Below, in pieces: positions 48,165 to 59,908 of a stretch of DNA of 64,000 nt (position 1 is its first letter; the number at the start of each line of letters is the position of its first letter). A program made the position numbers and the translations under genes. The notes below the pieces were generated by a model. The model ran no database searches. It was not told where the DNA came from and saw nothing but the letters and a program-made list of their open reading frames with translations. Origin of the DNA: Squalus acanthias (Eukaryota); assembly GCA_030390025.1 (NCBI GenBank), contig CM059440.1:23002001-23066000 (forward strand). The letters run 5' to 3'.

Positions 48165-48906
48165 TGGCCCCGATATTTACTGCGGCGAGATTTCCAAGCA
48201 GTGGGAAGGAGTTCTGGTCGGGAACGCTGTGGAGTTTTGACTGTGGCGTTTTTAAACAGCATCCCCGCCCGGAGGCCAGCCTGATTGACAGGCCTGTCGG
48301 GTGGGGGACGCTGCAGCAGAGGCCGCAGCCTATGAGCAGGTAAGTTGGTGCTGCTGGGGTAGAGATTGCGGGGGTGAGGGGTGGTGGGTACAGCGTGGTT
48401 TGTAGGGTCGGGGTGGGGTCGGAGACAGAGCGAGGTAGTGATGGGAGGGGGGTTGGTGATCGCGGGGAGAGGTCCCATCGTGAGGGGGGTATCAATGATC
48501 GCAGAGAGTTCCGATCGTGAGGGAGGGGTCGGTGATCTCAAGGGGGTTCTGATCGTGGGTGGGGGTCCAGTCGCGGGGAGGGAAGCAGGTTAGCTTGGGG
48601 GCATTCCTGCTCCTCCTGGCCCACCAGCAGTGCTGGACAGGCACTTACCTCTTCCACACAGCAGTCCTCGCCTCCCGTTAGCTGCCAGGTTAAATTTAAA
48701 ATGGAGATAAAATCTGAGGCAGGCAGCCTAATTAAATTAGTTAACTGAGCAATTCGCCTACCTGGGAACCGGTTAGTTGCCCGCCCCATCACGCCTCAGT
48801 TAAAATCGGAAGTGGGCGTATTCGAGGCTGGTTGGGTTTAGATTTTTAAAATTTTTACATCCCACCCGACCCAAACATCCCGTTTTGGAGGATTAAAATT
48901 CTCCTC
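48165..48906. mobile_element. Probable non-autonomous DNA transposon
   Basis: GGCCCCGATATT..AAAATTCTCCTC ends; GC-rich interior shared with 41440-42122. Confidence 0.4.
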
Positions 48907-49627
48907 ATCAGGAGCAACATGACTTTTATCAGAATGAGCAAGCAAACTTAAATCATGTGAGTCGATCTCACTGCTGTAGTGTGTTTAGTAATCTCCTGCG
49001 TTCTGCTGCCAGCTTTGCATTAACGGGTACCTAAAACCACTTTTACCAACCTGAATGTAGCGTGCCCAGTGTCCCACTAGCTGCCGTTGTGTGGACGTTT
49101 GTTGCTGACAGTGCTGTTAATGGACCATCACAACACCACGCATTGTTCTATTCTGTGGCAGAACAGCCACATCCAGTGTTTGCAAAATAGCCAGAAGGAA
49201 AAATCCGTAGAATTCAATGTTTTTGTAAGTATTTATTGTATTTCTTTTAAAATAAATAATCAGATTTGAAGAAAATAAGCCTGCCCATCACAATGCACTA
49301 AATCTGGGCTGTTTATCCCAGCACCAGCATTGCATCACAAAATTCAGAGTCATCTGGGGTTCCTTTTAAACACCATTATAAACAAGAACTGGCACAGACA
49401 AGAGAACAGCACCTGCTGTTTAGATTAATACGCCTCAATTACAGGATGGCTGCTAAAGGGAGAAAGACACACATTTTTTTGTCAAATTAATAAACAGGAA
49501 CAGATTTTCCGGTGTGAAGTTAGCAACTTCCCCAAATCTTTTTGGTGCAGGCAGTTTTGAGAAATATTCTTCACTGAATCCAAACAGTCCCAGTGCCTAA
49601 AATCCTGATCTGTATTCATGACCCTTA

Positions 49628-49655
49628 TGTGTGTGTGTGTGTGTGTGTGTGTGTG
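49628..49655. repeat. (GT)n microsatellite
   Basis: Direct reading. Confidence 0.95.
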
Positions 49656-50244
49656 AACCCCGTGTGAGGAGAAGCATTGCAGGAGGAGAGGTAGATCTAC
49701 GCCTCAGAGATTCTGCTTAACTTTGTGCCCTCATTAATGCAGGTATAGAAAGTCATGGAGCATGCTTTTGGACGAGGGATAATCAAAGATTCATTTTCTG
49801 TGCTGCTGGCATTATGGTGATGTTCGCCTGTAGTGTGCTTGAATATCAATACCTGGTTTTGTATATTTGTTGATGCTCTGACAGAATTGTGGTATTATAC
49901 CAATCCTCAGCTAATTCTGAAGTGTAAATCACGGTTAATGTATACTGCTCGTTTGTTAAAATAACGTTCGAATTGCTAGATGTAATGTTCAGCTGGAATA
50001 ATTTTGTTATCAATATCTGACATCATATCTATTCACATGATAATTTTAACCCTTTGTTCACGCCAAGATGATCTGCTTCCAGTTTGGCAACACGTTAGTG
50101 CAACATAACGGAAAGCAAGCTGTTAAAAAATAATCAACTTGTAAAAAATGCAAAAGGAATAAATGTGGCTGTATGCAGAAACCTGGAGAATGACACATCT
50201 TTACTTGAAATTTCATAAAGATCAAACCAGAATATTTTCAGTGA

Positions 50245-51122
50245 GCCCCACACAGGGGCGCAATTATCGGCCGGGCGCAAAGATTAGCGCCTGGCGCTAA
50301 TTATCGCCACCGACTGCAAACTTGACTTTTATCACCCCGGAGGTGATTGGAGCGCTAAATCAAGCGCTTCACACCTGTCTTAAGGCGCAAAGGCCGAGGA
50401 GCGAGGCGCTACCTCAGAGCGCTGGCGAAGCTCATGTAATGTCAGTCAGCAATGGAACACACACACAATGGCACGGGCCAGTTCTTAAAGGGGATGGTTG
50501 ATCTTGCTTTCCATCCACATCCTGCTCATTGCAGCCTTGAATCCCGGCCTGGAGAGACCTGCACATCAAATCTGCTGGAAAGAACAATGGAGAGTACCAG
50601 GGAAAGAGCTTAGAGTGCAGCCCCCACAGTCTCTTCTAAATCGATACAAGGAATGGCAAATCAAAATGAACCTGCAAAGTGCTGCTCAGTACCCAAAACT
50701 CCTTCACACAGCGTTGAATCTCTCCAGAAGTCTCTCTCTCTCTCTCTCTCTCAGAATGCGTGGTTCAAAAATGGCACCAACAATAAAAGGCAGGAAGCAG
50801 TCGCCTTTAAATAGCGCTCCCCCAGTCCCTTCATGATTGCAAAACGCTCCTCTCAACCTGTCGTTGCTAGCATCAGGCGGTAAGGCAGGGGGCGCCACTC
50901 AATATCTGCTCCTGGACGATACTGGGGCGTTGCGCACTCGACTGACGTCACGATCTGCCGGCGCAGGAGATCGTGGCGGTAGTGTTTAGCGCCGCCGCAA
51001 AATGTCTAGTTAATTTCGTCAGCGGCGCAAACTACACCTCGCCTGGGCGCTAGATGCTTTGCGCCCCATTAGCGCCCTCTTAAGGCGCTAACGGGAGGCG
51101 CAACCAACTGAATTTTTCCCCC
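50245..51122 (-). mobile_element. Harbinger MITE related to 23205-24097, reverse orientation
   Basis: Interior closely matches 23540-23900; terminus AATTTTTCCCCC at 51111-51122; other TIR not recognisable. Confidence 0.85.
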
Positions 51123-52002
51123 ATAGAGTTATACAGCACAGAAAGAGGCCCTTTGGCCCATCGTGTCCACGCCGGCCATCAAGCCCTATCTATTCTAATC
51201 CCATTTTCCAGCACTTGGTCCGTAGCCTTGTATGCTATGGCCTTTCAAGTGCTCATCTAAATGCTTCTTGAATGTTGTGAGGGTTCCTGTCTCTACCACC
51301 CTTTCAGGCAGTGAGTTCCAGATTCCAACCACCCTCTGGGTGAAAAAGTTTTTCCTCAAATCCCCTCTAAACCTCCTGCCCCTTACCTTGAAACTATGCC
51401 CCTGGTTATTGACCCCTCTACTAAGGGGAAAAGTTCCTTTCTATCTACCCTATCTATGCCCCTCATAATTTTGTACACCTCAATCAGGTCCCCCCTCAGC
51501 CTTCTCTGCTCTAAGGAAAACAACCCCAGCCTGTCCAGTCTCTCTTCATAGCTGAAGCGCTCCAGCCCAGGTAACATCCTGGTGAATCTCCTCTGCACCC
51601 TCTCCAATGCAATCACATCCTTCCTACAGCTCCATCATAACCTCCCTGCTCTTATATTCTATGCCTCGGCTAATGAAGGCAAGTATCCCATATGCCTTTT
51701 TAACCACCTTATCTACCTGTCCTGCTGCCTTCAGGGAACTATGTACATGCACACCAAGGTCCCTCTGATCCTCTGTCCTTCCTAGGATCCTACCATTCAT
51801 TGTGTATTCCCTTGCCTTGTTAGTCCTCCCAAAATGCATCACCTCACACTTTTCAGGGTTAAATTCCATTTGTCACTGTTCTGCCCATCTGACCAACCCG
51901 TCTATATCGTCCTGTAGCCTGAGGCTTCCCTCCTCGCTATTTACCACTCCACCAATTTTCGTGTCATCTGCGAACTTACTGATCATACCTCCTACATTCA
52001 TA
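51123..52002 (-). mobile_element. CR1 LINE 3' fragment
   Basis: KFADDTKIG, FNPEKCEVMHFG, ALERVQRRFTRMLPG motifs and 3' UTR. Confidence 0.88.
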
Positions 52003-55000
52003 TCTATCAATACTGGAATAATATCACAATATTGACAGCTATGAAAGCTTGTACCATATAATTACAATACTGACATTTCTCAGAGCTGTTACTATATCAT
52101 TACATTTCGGACATTTATCAGTGCTGGTATATCAATGCAGAACTGACATCTATCAGTTCTGGTTCTAATACATTACAATATTGAAGTCTATCAGTGCTAG
52201 TACTATACAATAACACAACTGAAATCTATCAATGCTTGTATTATATAATTCCAATATTGATGTCAATGAATACTAGTCCTGAATCATTACAATGCCAATT
52301 TCCATTAATTCTGCTACTGTGTCATTACAACACTGACACCTATGAGTTCTGGTATTATGGGGTAGATTTTGATCTGGGCCAGTCTCCGGCGCTACACAAC
52401 CAACGCACGTCCAAACTAAGATACTCGGTGGGAGCTGCCGGCACTGGTCGTGCCTCCACAGGCAGCTCGCCCGATGAAGAGATCAATGTCGGGCTACCTG
52501 TCTCATCGGCAGAGGCCCTCAGGTAAATCTCAGTGGGGGGTGGGCTGGAGGTTGTTGGAGCAAGCTATGGCGGGGTTTCCAATCATGACACAAGTGGAGT
52601 TGGAGGGGGACACTCCTGCTCCGTCTGGCTCCAAAAGAACATTTTTTTTGCATATAATTACAATACTGATGTCTTCAATGTTGGTACTGACATCTATCAA
52701 TGCTAGTATTGGCTACACATAGCGCTGCAGTATTCCAATACTGGGAACACACAAGGCTGCAGTGCTTCATTACTGAGTCACACAGGGCTACAGTGTTTCA
52801 ATACTGGGTACAGTTGTGCAAAAATATGCAGTATTCTATCATTAAATTGATACAGGGCTGCAGTATTCCATCACCGAATAGATACAGGACTGTAGTATTC
52901 AATCACTGAATAGATACAGGGCTGCAGTATTCCATCACTGGAGATACAGGACTGCAGTATTCAATCACTGAATAGATACAGGGCTGCAGTATTCCATCAC
53001 TGAATAGATACAGGACTGCAGTATTCTATCACTGGAGATACAGGGCTGCAGTATTCCATCACTGGATAGATACAGGACTGCAGTATTCTATCACTGAATA
53101 GATACAGGACTGCAGTATTCCATTACTGAATAAATACAGGACTGCAGTATTCCATCACTGGAGATACAGGACTGCAGTATTCAATCACTGGATAGATACA
53201 GGACTGCAGCATTCCATCACTGAATAGATACAGGACTGCAGTATTCAATCACTGGATAGATACAGGACTGCAGTATTCCATCACTGAATAGATACAGGAC
53301 TGCAGTATTCAATCACTGGATAGATACAGGACTGCAGTATTCTATCACTGGATAGATACAGGACTGCAGTATTCAATCACTGAATAGATACAGGACTGCA
53401 GTATTCAATCACTGAATAGATACAGGACTGCAGTATTCAATCACTGAATAGATACAGGACTGCAGTATTCTATCACTGAATAGATACAGGACTGCAGTAT
53501 TCAATCACTGAATAGATACAGGACTGCAGTATTCTATCACTGAATAGATACAGGACTGCAGTATTCCATCACTGAATAGATACAGGATTGCAGTATTCCA
53601 TCACTGAATAGATACAGGACTGCAGTATTCCATCACTGAATAGATACAGGACTGCAGTATTTCATCACTGGAGATACAGGACTGCAGTATTCCATCACTG
53701 AATAGATACAGGACTGCAGTATTCCATCACTGGAGATACAGGACTGCAGTATTCCATCACTGGAGATACAGGACTGCAGTATTCAATCACTGAATAGATA
53801 CAGGACTGCAGTATTCAATCACTGGATAGATACAGGACAGTGTATTTCATCACTGAATAGATACAGGACTGCAGTATTCCATCACTGAATAGATACAGGA
53901 CTGCTGTATTCAATCACTGGATAGATACATGACAGTGTATTTCATCACTGAATAGATACAGGACTGCAGTATTCCATCACTGAATAGATACAGAACTGCA
54001 GTATTCATCACTGGATAGATACATGACAGTGTATTTCATCACTGAATAGATACAGGACTGCAGTATTCCATCACTGAATAGATACAGGACTGCAGTATTC
54101 AATCACCGGATAGATACAGGACTGCAGTATTCTATCACTGAATAGATACAGGACTGCAGTATTCAATCACTGGATAGATACAGGACTGTAGTATTCAATC
54201 ACTGAATAGATACAGGACTGCAGTATTCAATCACTGGATAGATACAGGACAGTGTATTTCATCACTGAATAGATACAGGACTGCAGTATTCCATCACTGA
54301 ATAGATACAGGACTGCAGTATTCTATCACTGGGTAGATACAGGACAGTGTATTTCATCACTGAATAGATACAGGACTGCAGTATTCCATCACTGGATAGA
54401 TACAGGACTGCAGTATTCTATCACTGGGTAGATACAGGACTGCAGTATTCTATCACTGGAGATACAGGACTGCAGTATTCTATCACTGGAGATACAGGAC
54501 TGCAATATTCTATCACTGGAGATACAGGACTGCAGTATTCTATCACTGGAGACACAGGACTGCAGTATTCCATCACTGGAGATACAGGACTGCAGTATTC
54601 CATCACTGAATAGATACAGGACTGCAGTATTCAATCACTGAATAGATACAGGACTGCAGTATTCTATCACTGAATAGATACTGGACTGCAGTATTCTATC
54701 ACTGAATAGATACAGGACTGCAGTATTCCATCACTGAATAGATACAGGACTGCAGTATTCCATCACTGAATAGATACAGGACTACAGTATTCCATCACTG
54801 GAGATACAGGACTGCAGTATTCCATCACTGGAGATACAGGACTGCAGTGTTCTATCACTGGGTAGATACATGACTGCAGTATTCAATCACTGGAGATACA
54901 GGACTGCAGTATTCCATCACTGAATAGATACAGGACTGCAGTATTCCATCACTGGAGATACAGGACTGCAGTATTCCATCACTGGAGATACAGGACTGCA

Positions 55001-55341
55001 GTATTCCATCACTGAATAGATACAGGACTGTAGTATTCAATCACTGAATAGATACAGGACTGCAGTATTCCATCACTGGAGATACAGGACTGCAGTATTC
55101 CATCACTGGAGATACAGGACTGCAGTATTCCATCACTGGAGATACAGGACTGCAGTATTCCATCACTGGAGATACAGGACTGCAGTATTCAATCACTGGA
55201 GATACAGGACTGCAGTATTCCATTACTGAATAGATACAGGACTGCAGTATTCAATCACTGGAGATACAGGACTGCAGTATTCCATTACTGAATAAATACA
55301 GGACTGTAGTATTCAATCACTGAATAGATACAGGACTGCAG

Positions 55342-55535
55342 TGTGGTAACACAATACAGCTTCCTGTGACTTGAACTTTATTACATCACTTCCTGTGATT
55401 AGTCCAGGATAAATACTGGGCTGAGCAGTTGGATCCTGGAGAGGCATAGAGTAAGACCTCTTTTGTATGTAGCACCTTTTTAGTTGATTAAAGCTTACTT
55501 TAAGTTCACCACGCGTAAGGCTCATTCTTAGGACA
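55342..55535 (+). repeat. 5' LTR
   Basis: TGTGGTAAC..TTAGGACA; TATA-like ATAAATA 55409-55415; ATTAAA 55487-55492. Confidence 0.95.
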
Positions 55536-55613
55536 ATTTAATCAACTTTGAAAAACTTCACACTCAAACGTTTTGGACGAACTCGGAACTAAGGATCCAG
55601 GGAATCACCCATC

Positions 55614-58600
55614 ATGGAAAACATCCTTAAACCATCGCGTCTTGACTTGGACCCAAACACCCCAGCAGCCGGTAAGGTGTGGAAACACTGGTATCGCACG
55701 TTTGACAATTTTCTCGAATATTGCAAGGCTGATGATGACTCAAAATTGCGGATACTCATCAACTGTGTCACCCCGAATGTATTTCAGTATGTCGAGGAAT
55801 GGGGCAGTTACGAGGAGGCAATTCGGACGCTTAAAAGACTATATACTAAGACACCGAATGAGGTCTATGCCAGACATCTACTAGCTACAGCCCAACAAGG
55901 GCCAGAGGAATCCATTGATAAATTCCTCCAAGAGCTTCGCAGACTTAGTATGGACTGTAACTTTCAGGCGGCCTCAGCTGAGCTGTACCGTGAAGAAATG
56001 ATCCGTGATGCTTTCATCTGCGGGCTTGCCTCCCCATTTATACGCCAGCGTCTACTGGAAAGTAAGACACTTGAGCTTCAGAGAGCTTATGACATGGCTT
56101 GCTCTCTAGATCTAGCAAAAAGATATGCAGACCTTTATACAGTGCCCAGACCTCGGTCTGCTGCCTTAACTACAGTCAGGCAATTTAAGAGGCCACAGGT
56201 GAACTCTATTAGGGAGGACTTTATCCCTGACGATCAATCTGATGACTTCACTGATGAAGAGGATGATGACCCATCAGCCATGATCTTATTGAATGGAGGA
56301 GCAGGCTCGAGGGGCCGATTGGCCTACTCCTGCTCCTATTTCTTATGTTCTTATGACCCCACTGTGGCAGCCTCTTGGCAATCTAAGAAATGCTTCTTTT
56401 GTGGTGATGAGTTTCACCCTCGGAAATTCTGCCCTGCTCGCAATGCGTTTTGCAGTCATTGCAACAAAAAGGGTCATTTTGCAAAGGTTTGCCTATCAAC
56501 AGCCTCTACGAGGGCTTATCAAGCTAAGTCCTACCGAACTGCCCCGGTAAGGGCCTATCAAGATGTTCCGGCTAAAATCTATCGTGCTTCCTCTCGGGTT
56601 TTCTCTCGAAGAAACACACCTAGAGTTTCAGCCACTCTTTGTGCAACGACACCAATTACAGCTGCTTGTCCTCAGAACCTATTCCATGCAGCTACAAAAG
56701 CATCAATTAATGGACATACTTTAGATGCCTTAATTGACTCAGGTAGCACTGATAGTTTCATTAGGGAACAGATTGTTGCAGAGTTAAAGCTACATGTTTT
56801 CCCATCGGACCAGGCAATTGCGATGGCTCAGTCATCACTTAATACCAGAATTTCTGGCTTTTGTATGGTTGAAATAACACTTAATGGTCACAGGTATCCC
56901 TCCACCCGGCTTTCGGTGCTCAAGGACTTATGTAGTGATCTTATCTTAGGGCTAGATTTTCAAAAGCAGCATAAGAAGCTCACCATTGAGTTCGGCGGAT
57001 CCAAACCTGAACTCACTATTTCTAATATACGACCTCGATTACCGTTCTGTGCATTGTCAGCAGCTTCACTGGATGAACCCTCACTGTTTACCAGTATCCC
57101 TCCTCGATGCAAACCGATTATAACAAAGTCACGACGTTTCAGTCAGGAAGACCAGTCTTTTATTGCGGCTGAGATTTCTCGGCTTTTAGCAGAGGATATC
57201 ATCGAGCCTTGTTCGTCGCCATGGCGCGCCCAGGTCGTTATTGTTAAGAACCCTCTACAACCTCACAAGAAACGGCTGTGCATTGACTATTCACAGACCA
57301 TCAATCAATATACGGACTTGGACGCATACCCATTGCCGCGCATCGATGATATGGTTAATAAACTGGCTGAGTACACGGTGTTCTCAACATATGATCTGAA
57401 AAGTGCCTATCATCAGGTACCCTTGAAGGTCTCAGACAAGCAGTATACGGCCTTTGAAGCCAATGGACGGCTGTATCAATTTCGTCGCCTCCCCTTTGGG
57501 GTCACTAATGGAGTGGCTGTCTTCCAGCGAGCAATGGATGACCTGGTCAAACAGGAAGACTTAAAGGATACGTTTCCTTATCTGGACAATATTACTGTCG
57601 CAGGTCGCAATCAGTGGGAACATGACGCCAATCTCCAACGATTTTGGAATGCACTCCAGCACCGTAATTTGACATTAAATGCGGCTAAATCCATTGAGTC
57701 ACAACCAACCATCAACATCCTTGGCTATTGTGTGGGCAATGGCATCATTAAACCTGACCCTGAAAGGCTTCGCCCACTCCAAGAACTCCCGCCACCTAAG
57801 AATCCGGCCTCCTTGCGCCGGGCCCTCGGCCTGTTTGCATACTATGCTAAATGGATTCCTAACTTCTCGGACCGAATCCAACCTCTACTGAAGGCCAGCA
57901 CATTCCCACTAGACACAGCGGCTGTTGCAGCCTTTAACCTCCTGAAAAAACAGTTGGAGAAAGCGGCTCTTCACTCCATCGATGAGAGTCTTCCTTTTGT
58001 TGTTGAGTGTGATGCCTCGGAGGTGGCGATCTCGGCCACTCTGAATCAGGAAGGTCGTCCGGTGGCATTTTTGTCCAGGACTTTTCAAGGGGCTGAGCTA
58101 CATTATCCTCCAGTCGAGAAAGAAGCTACAGCCATCATAGAGGCAGTACGGAAGTGGACTCATCTCCTAGCTCGCCAGCACTTTACCTTAATCACGGACC
58201 AGCGATCGGTCGCCTTCATGCTCGATAATCGAAAACGGACCAAAATTAAAAATAATAAAATCCAGCTTTGGCGGCTGGAATTGGCCTCTTTTGGTTACAC
58301 CATCCACTATCGACCTGGCAAGGAGAATGTGGCTCCGGATACCCTCACACGAGCATTCTGCTCCGCCATGGCACCCTCTACGCTCGTAGACATCCATGAT
58401 GGGTTGTGTCATCCGGGCGTTACTCGCATGCTACACTTCGTGCGGTCCCGAAATCTCCCATTCTCTACCGGGGATGTAAAGAAGATGTGCTCGGACTGCA
58501 GAGTCTGTGCGGAATTGAAACCTCAGTTTTTCCGCCCCTCGGGTGGTATACTCATACATGCGACCCAGCCAATGCAACGGCTTAGCATCGATTTTAAGGG

Positions 58601-59651
58601 GCCGTTGCCCTCTTCAACTCGCAACACTTATCTATTGACCATGGTCGATGAGTATTCCCGTTTTCCGTTTGCCTTTCCCTGCCCCAATATGCTGACGACC
58701 ACGGTTATCAGCTGCCTTGAGCAGGTATTTGCTTTCTGTGGCATGGCATCCTATGTTCATTCGGATCGGGGCCCTTCTTTTATGTCAGGAGAACTCAAGG
58801 CCTATCTCTCGGAACGGGGTATTGCTGCCAGCAGAACGACACCTTATCATCCGGTCGGGAATGGGCAAGTCGAGCGTTTTAACGCTATCATCTGGAATGC
58901 GGTACGTCTGGCTTTGAGATCTCGGGGCCTACCCAACCAGCAATGGGAAGCAGTACTTCCAGACGCATTACACTCCACACGGTCCCTCCTTTCGACCGCC
59001 ACAAATACGACGCCTCATGAACGGTTCTTCCGATTTCAGCGTCGCTCATCCTATGGGATATCTCTCCCGTCGTGGCTGACTGCACCGGGACCAGTGCTAC
59101 TCCGAAGATATGTCCGGGCGTCTAAGAATGACCCCCTGGTAGATGAGGTTGAGCTTACTGACGTCAACCCTACCTACGCCTATATTCGGTATCCTGACGG
59201 TCGGGAATCTACCGTGTCATTGCGGGATCTGGCTCCCTGCCCGCCGAAACATAGAGGGACACCAGGGGATGATATTGTACCAGGCACATCTCTGGGCTCG
59301 CCAGGTGCCTCTCATCACGATCTGGATCTGACGCCGGCTGGTACCTCACTCCAGCGTGCCGACCTGGGGCAGACTGACTATGAGCCCGTCGGGGCTCGCA
59401 CGCGCAGCCACGATCCACCCCGTACCATACGCTCGGAAACGGATCTGCCACAGCCCTGCCCGACACCCGTTCGGGCACCAGTACACAGTCAGGATCGTCC
59501 TGACCCCTCACAGAGCGGGCTGGATCACTCGGACTCTGGTCCACGGCCCGCGGCGGGTAAACGGGCTAGGGGCCCTCTACCGCTACGAGAACCCAAACGG
59601 GTGCGGCTCTCCCTCGTCCAGCGGCTACGAAATGGAGGGAGAATGTGGTAA
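55614..59651 (+). CDS. Single-frame Gag-Pol polyprotein (1345 aa)
   Basis: Zinc knuckles CFFCGDEFHPRKFC and CSHCNKKGHFAKVC; protease LIDSGS; RT YDLKSAYHQ, LPFG, YLDN; RNase H ECDAS, EKEA, TDQ; integrase HHCC and IDFKG/HSDRG/GQVER. Confidence 0.96.
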   Translation: MENILKPSRLDLDPNTPAAGKVWKHWYRTFDNFLEYCKADDDSKLRILINCVTPNVFQYVEEWGSYEEAIRTLKRLYTKTPNEVYARHLLATAQQGPEESIDKFLQELRRLSMDCNFQAASAELYREEMIRDAFICGLASPFIRQRLLESKTLELQRAYDMACSLDLAKRYADLYTVPRPRSAALTTVRQFKRPQVNSIREDFIPDDQSDDFTDEEDDDPSAMILLNGGAGSRGRLAYSCSYFLCSYDPTVAASWQSKKCFFCGDEFHPRKFCPARNAFCSHCNKKGHFAKVCLSTASTRAYQAKSYRTAPVRAYQDVPAKIYRASSRVFSRRNTPRVSATLCATTPITAACPQNLFHAATKASINGHTLDALIDSGSTDSFIREQIVAELKLHVFPSDQAIAMAQSSLNTRISGFCMVEITLNGHRYPSTRLSVLKDLCSDLILGLDFQKQHKKLTIEFGGSKPELTISNIRPRLPFCALSAASLDEPSLFTSIPPRCKPIITKSRRFSQEDQSFIAAEISRLLAEDIIEPCSSPWRAQVVIVKNPLQPHKKRLCIDYSQTINQYTDLDAYPLPRIDDMVNKLAEYTVFSTYDLKSAYHQVPLKVSDKQYTAFEANGRLYQFRRLPFGVTNGVAVFQRAMDDLVKQEDLKDTFPYLDNITVAGRNQWEHDANLQRFWNALQHRNLTLNAAKSIESQPTINILGYCVGNGIIKPDPERLRPLQELPPPKNPASLRRALGLFAYYAKWIPNFSDRIQPLLKASTFPLDTAAVAAFNLLKKQLEKAALHSIDESLPFVVECDASEVAISATLNQEGRPVAFLSRTFQGAELHYPPVEKEATAIIEAVRKWTHLLARQHFTLITDQRSVAFMLDNRKRTKIKNNKIQLWRLELASFGYTIHYRPGKENVAPDTLTRAFCSAMAPSTLVDIHDGLCHPGVTRMLHFVRSRNLPFSTGDVKKMCSDCRVCAELKPQFFRPSGGILIHATQPMQRLSIDFKGPLPSSTRNTYLLTMVDEYSRFPFAFPCPNMLTTTVISCLEQVFAFCGMASYVHSDRGPSFMSGELKAYLSERGIAASRTTPYHPVGNGQVERFNAIIWNAVRLALRSRGLPNQQWEAVLPDALHSTRSLLSTATNTTPHERFFRFQRRSSYGISLPSWLTAPGPVLLRRYVRASKNDPLVDEVELTDVNPTYAYIRYPDGRESTVSLRDLAPCPPKHRGTPGDDIVPGTSLGSPGASHHDLDLTPAGTSLQRADLGQTDYEPVGARTRSHDPPRTIRSETDLPQPCPTPVRAPVHSQDRPDPSQSGLDHSDSGPRPAAGKRARGPLPLREPKRVRLSLVQRLRNGGRMW
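56273..56352 (+). mobile_element. 80-bp CR1 LINE 3' tail inserted in frame in gag
   Basis: 76/80 identical to 35166-35245; ATGACCC duplicated at 56266-56272 and 56353-56359. Confidence 0.92.
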
Positions 59652-59714
59652 CACAATACAGCTTCCTGTGACTCGAACTTCATCCCGGCCTCCTAATCTT
59701 TTGGGGGGGGAGAA

Positions 59715-59908
59715 TGTGGTAACACAATACAGCTTCCTGTGACTTGAACTTTATTACATCACTTCCTGTGATTAGTCCAGGATAAATACTGGGCTGAGCA
59801 GTTGGATCCTGGAGAGGCATAGAGTAAGACCTCTTTTGTAAGTAGCACCTTTTTAGTTGATTAAAGCTTACTTTAAGTTCACCACGCGTAAGGCTCATTC
59901 TTACGACA
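59715..59908 (+). repeat. 3' LTR
   Basis: 192/194 identical to the 5' LTR; preceded by the PPT GGGGGGGGAGAA. Confidence 0.95.

Larger units (their letters stand above)
55342..59908 (+). mobile_element. Intact Ty3/Gypsy LTR retrotransposon (4567 bp), Mag/SURL-like by its double zinc knuckle
   Basis: 194-bp TG..CA LTRs with 2 mismatches; TGCAG TSD at 55337-55341 and 59909-59913; PPT 59703-59714; PR-RT-RH-IN domain order. Confidence 0.97.

Noticed and set aside
47753-48541. 262-aa minus-strand ORF
   Set aside because: Spans a repeat and low-complexity A-rich sequence; no domain features
59356-59742. env-like or accessory ORF in the LTR element
   Set aside because: Short, non-ATG start, overlaps the integrase tail and has no signal peptide or transmembrane segment
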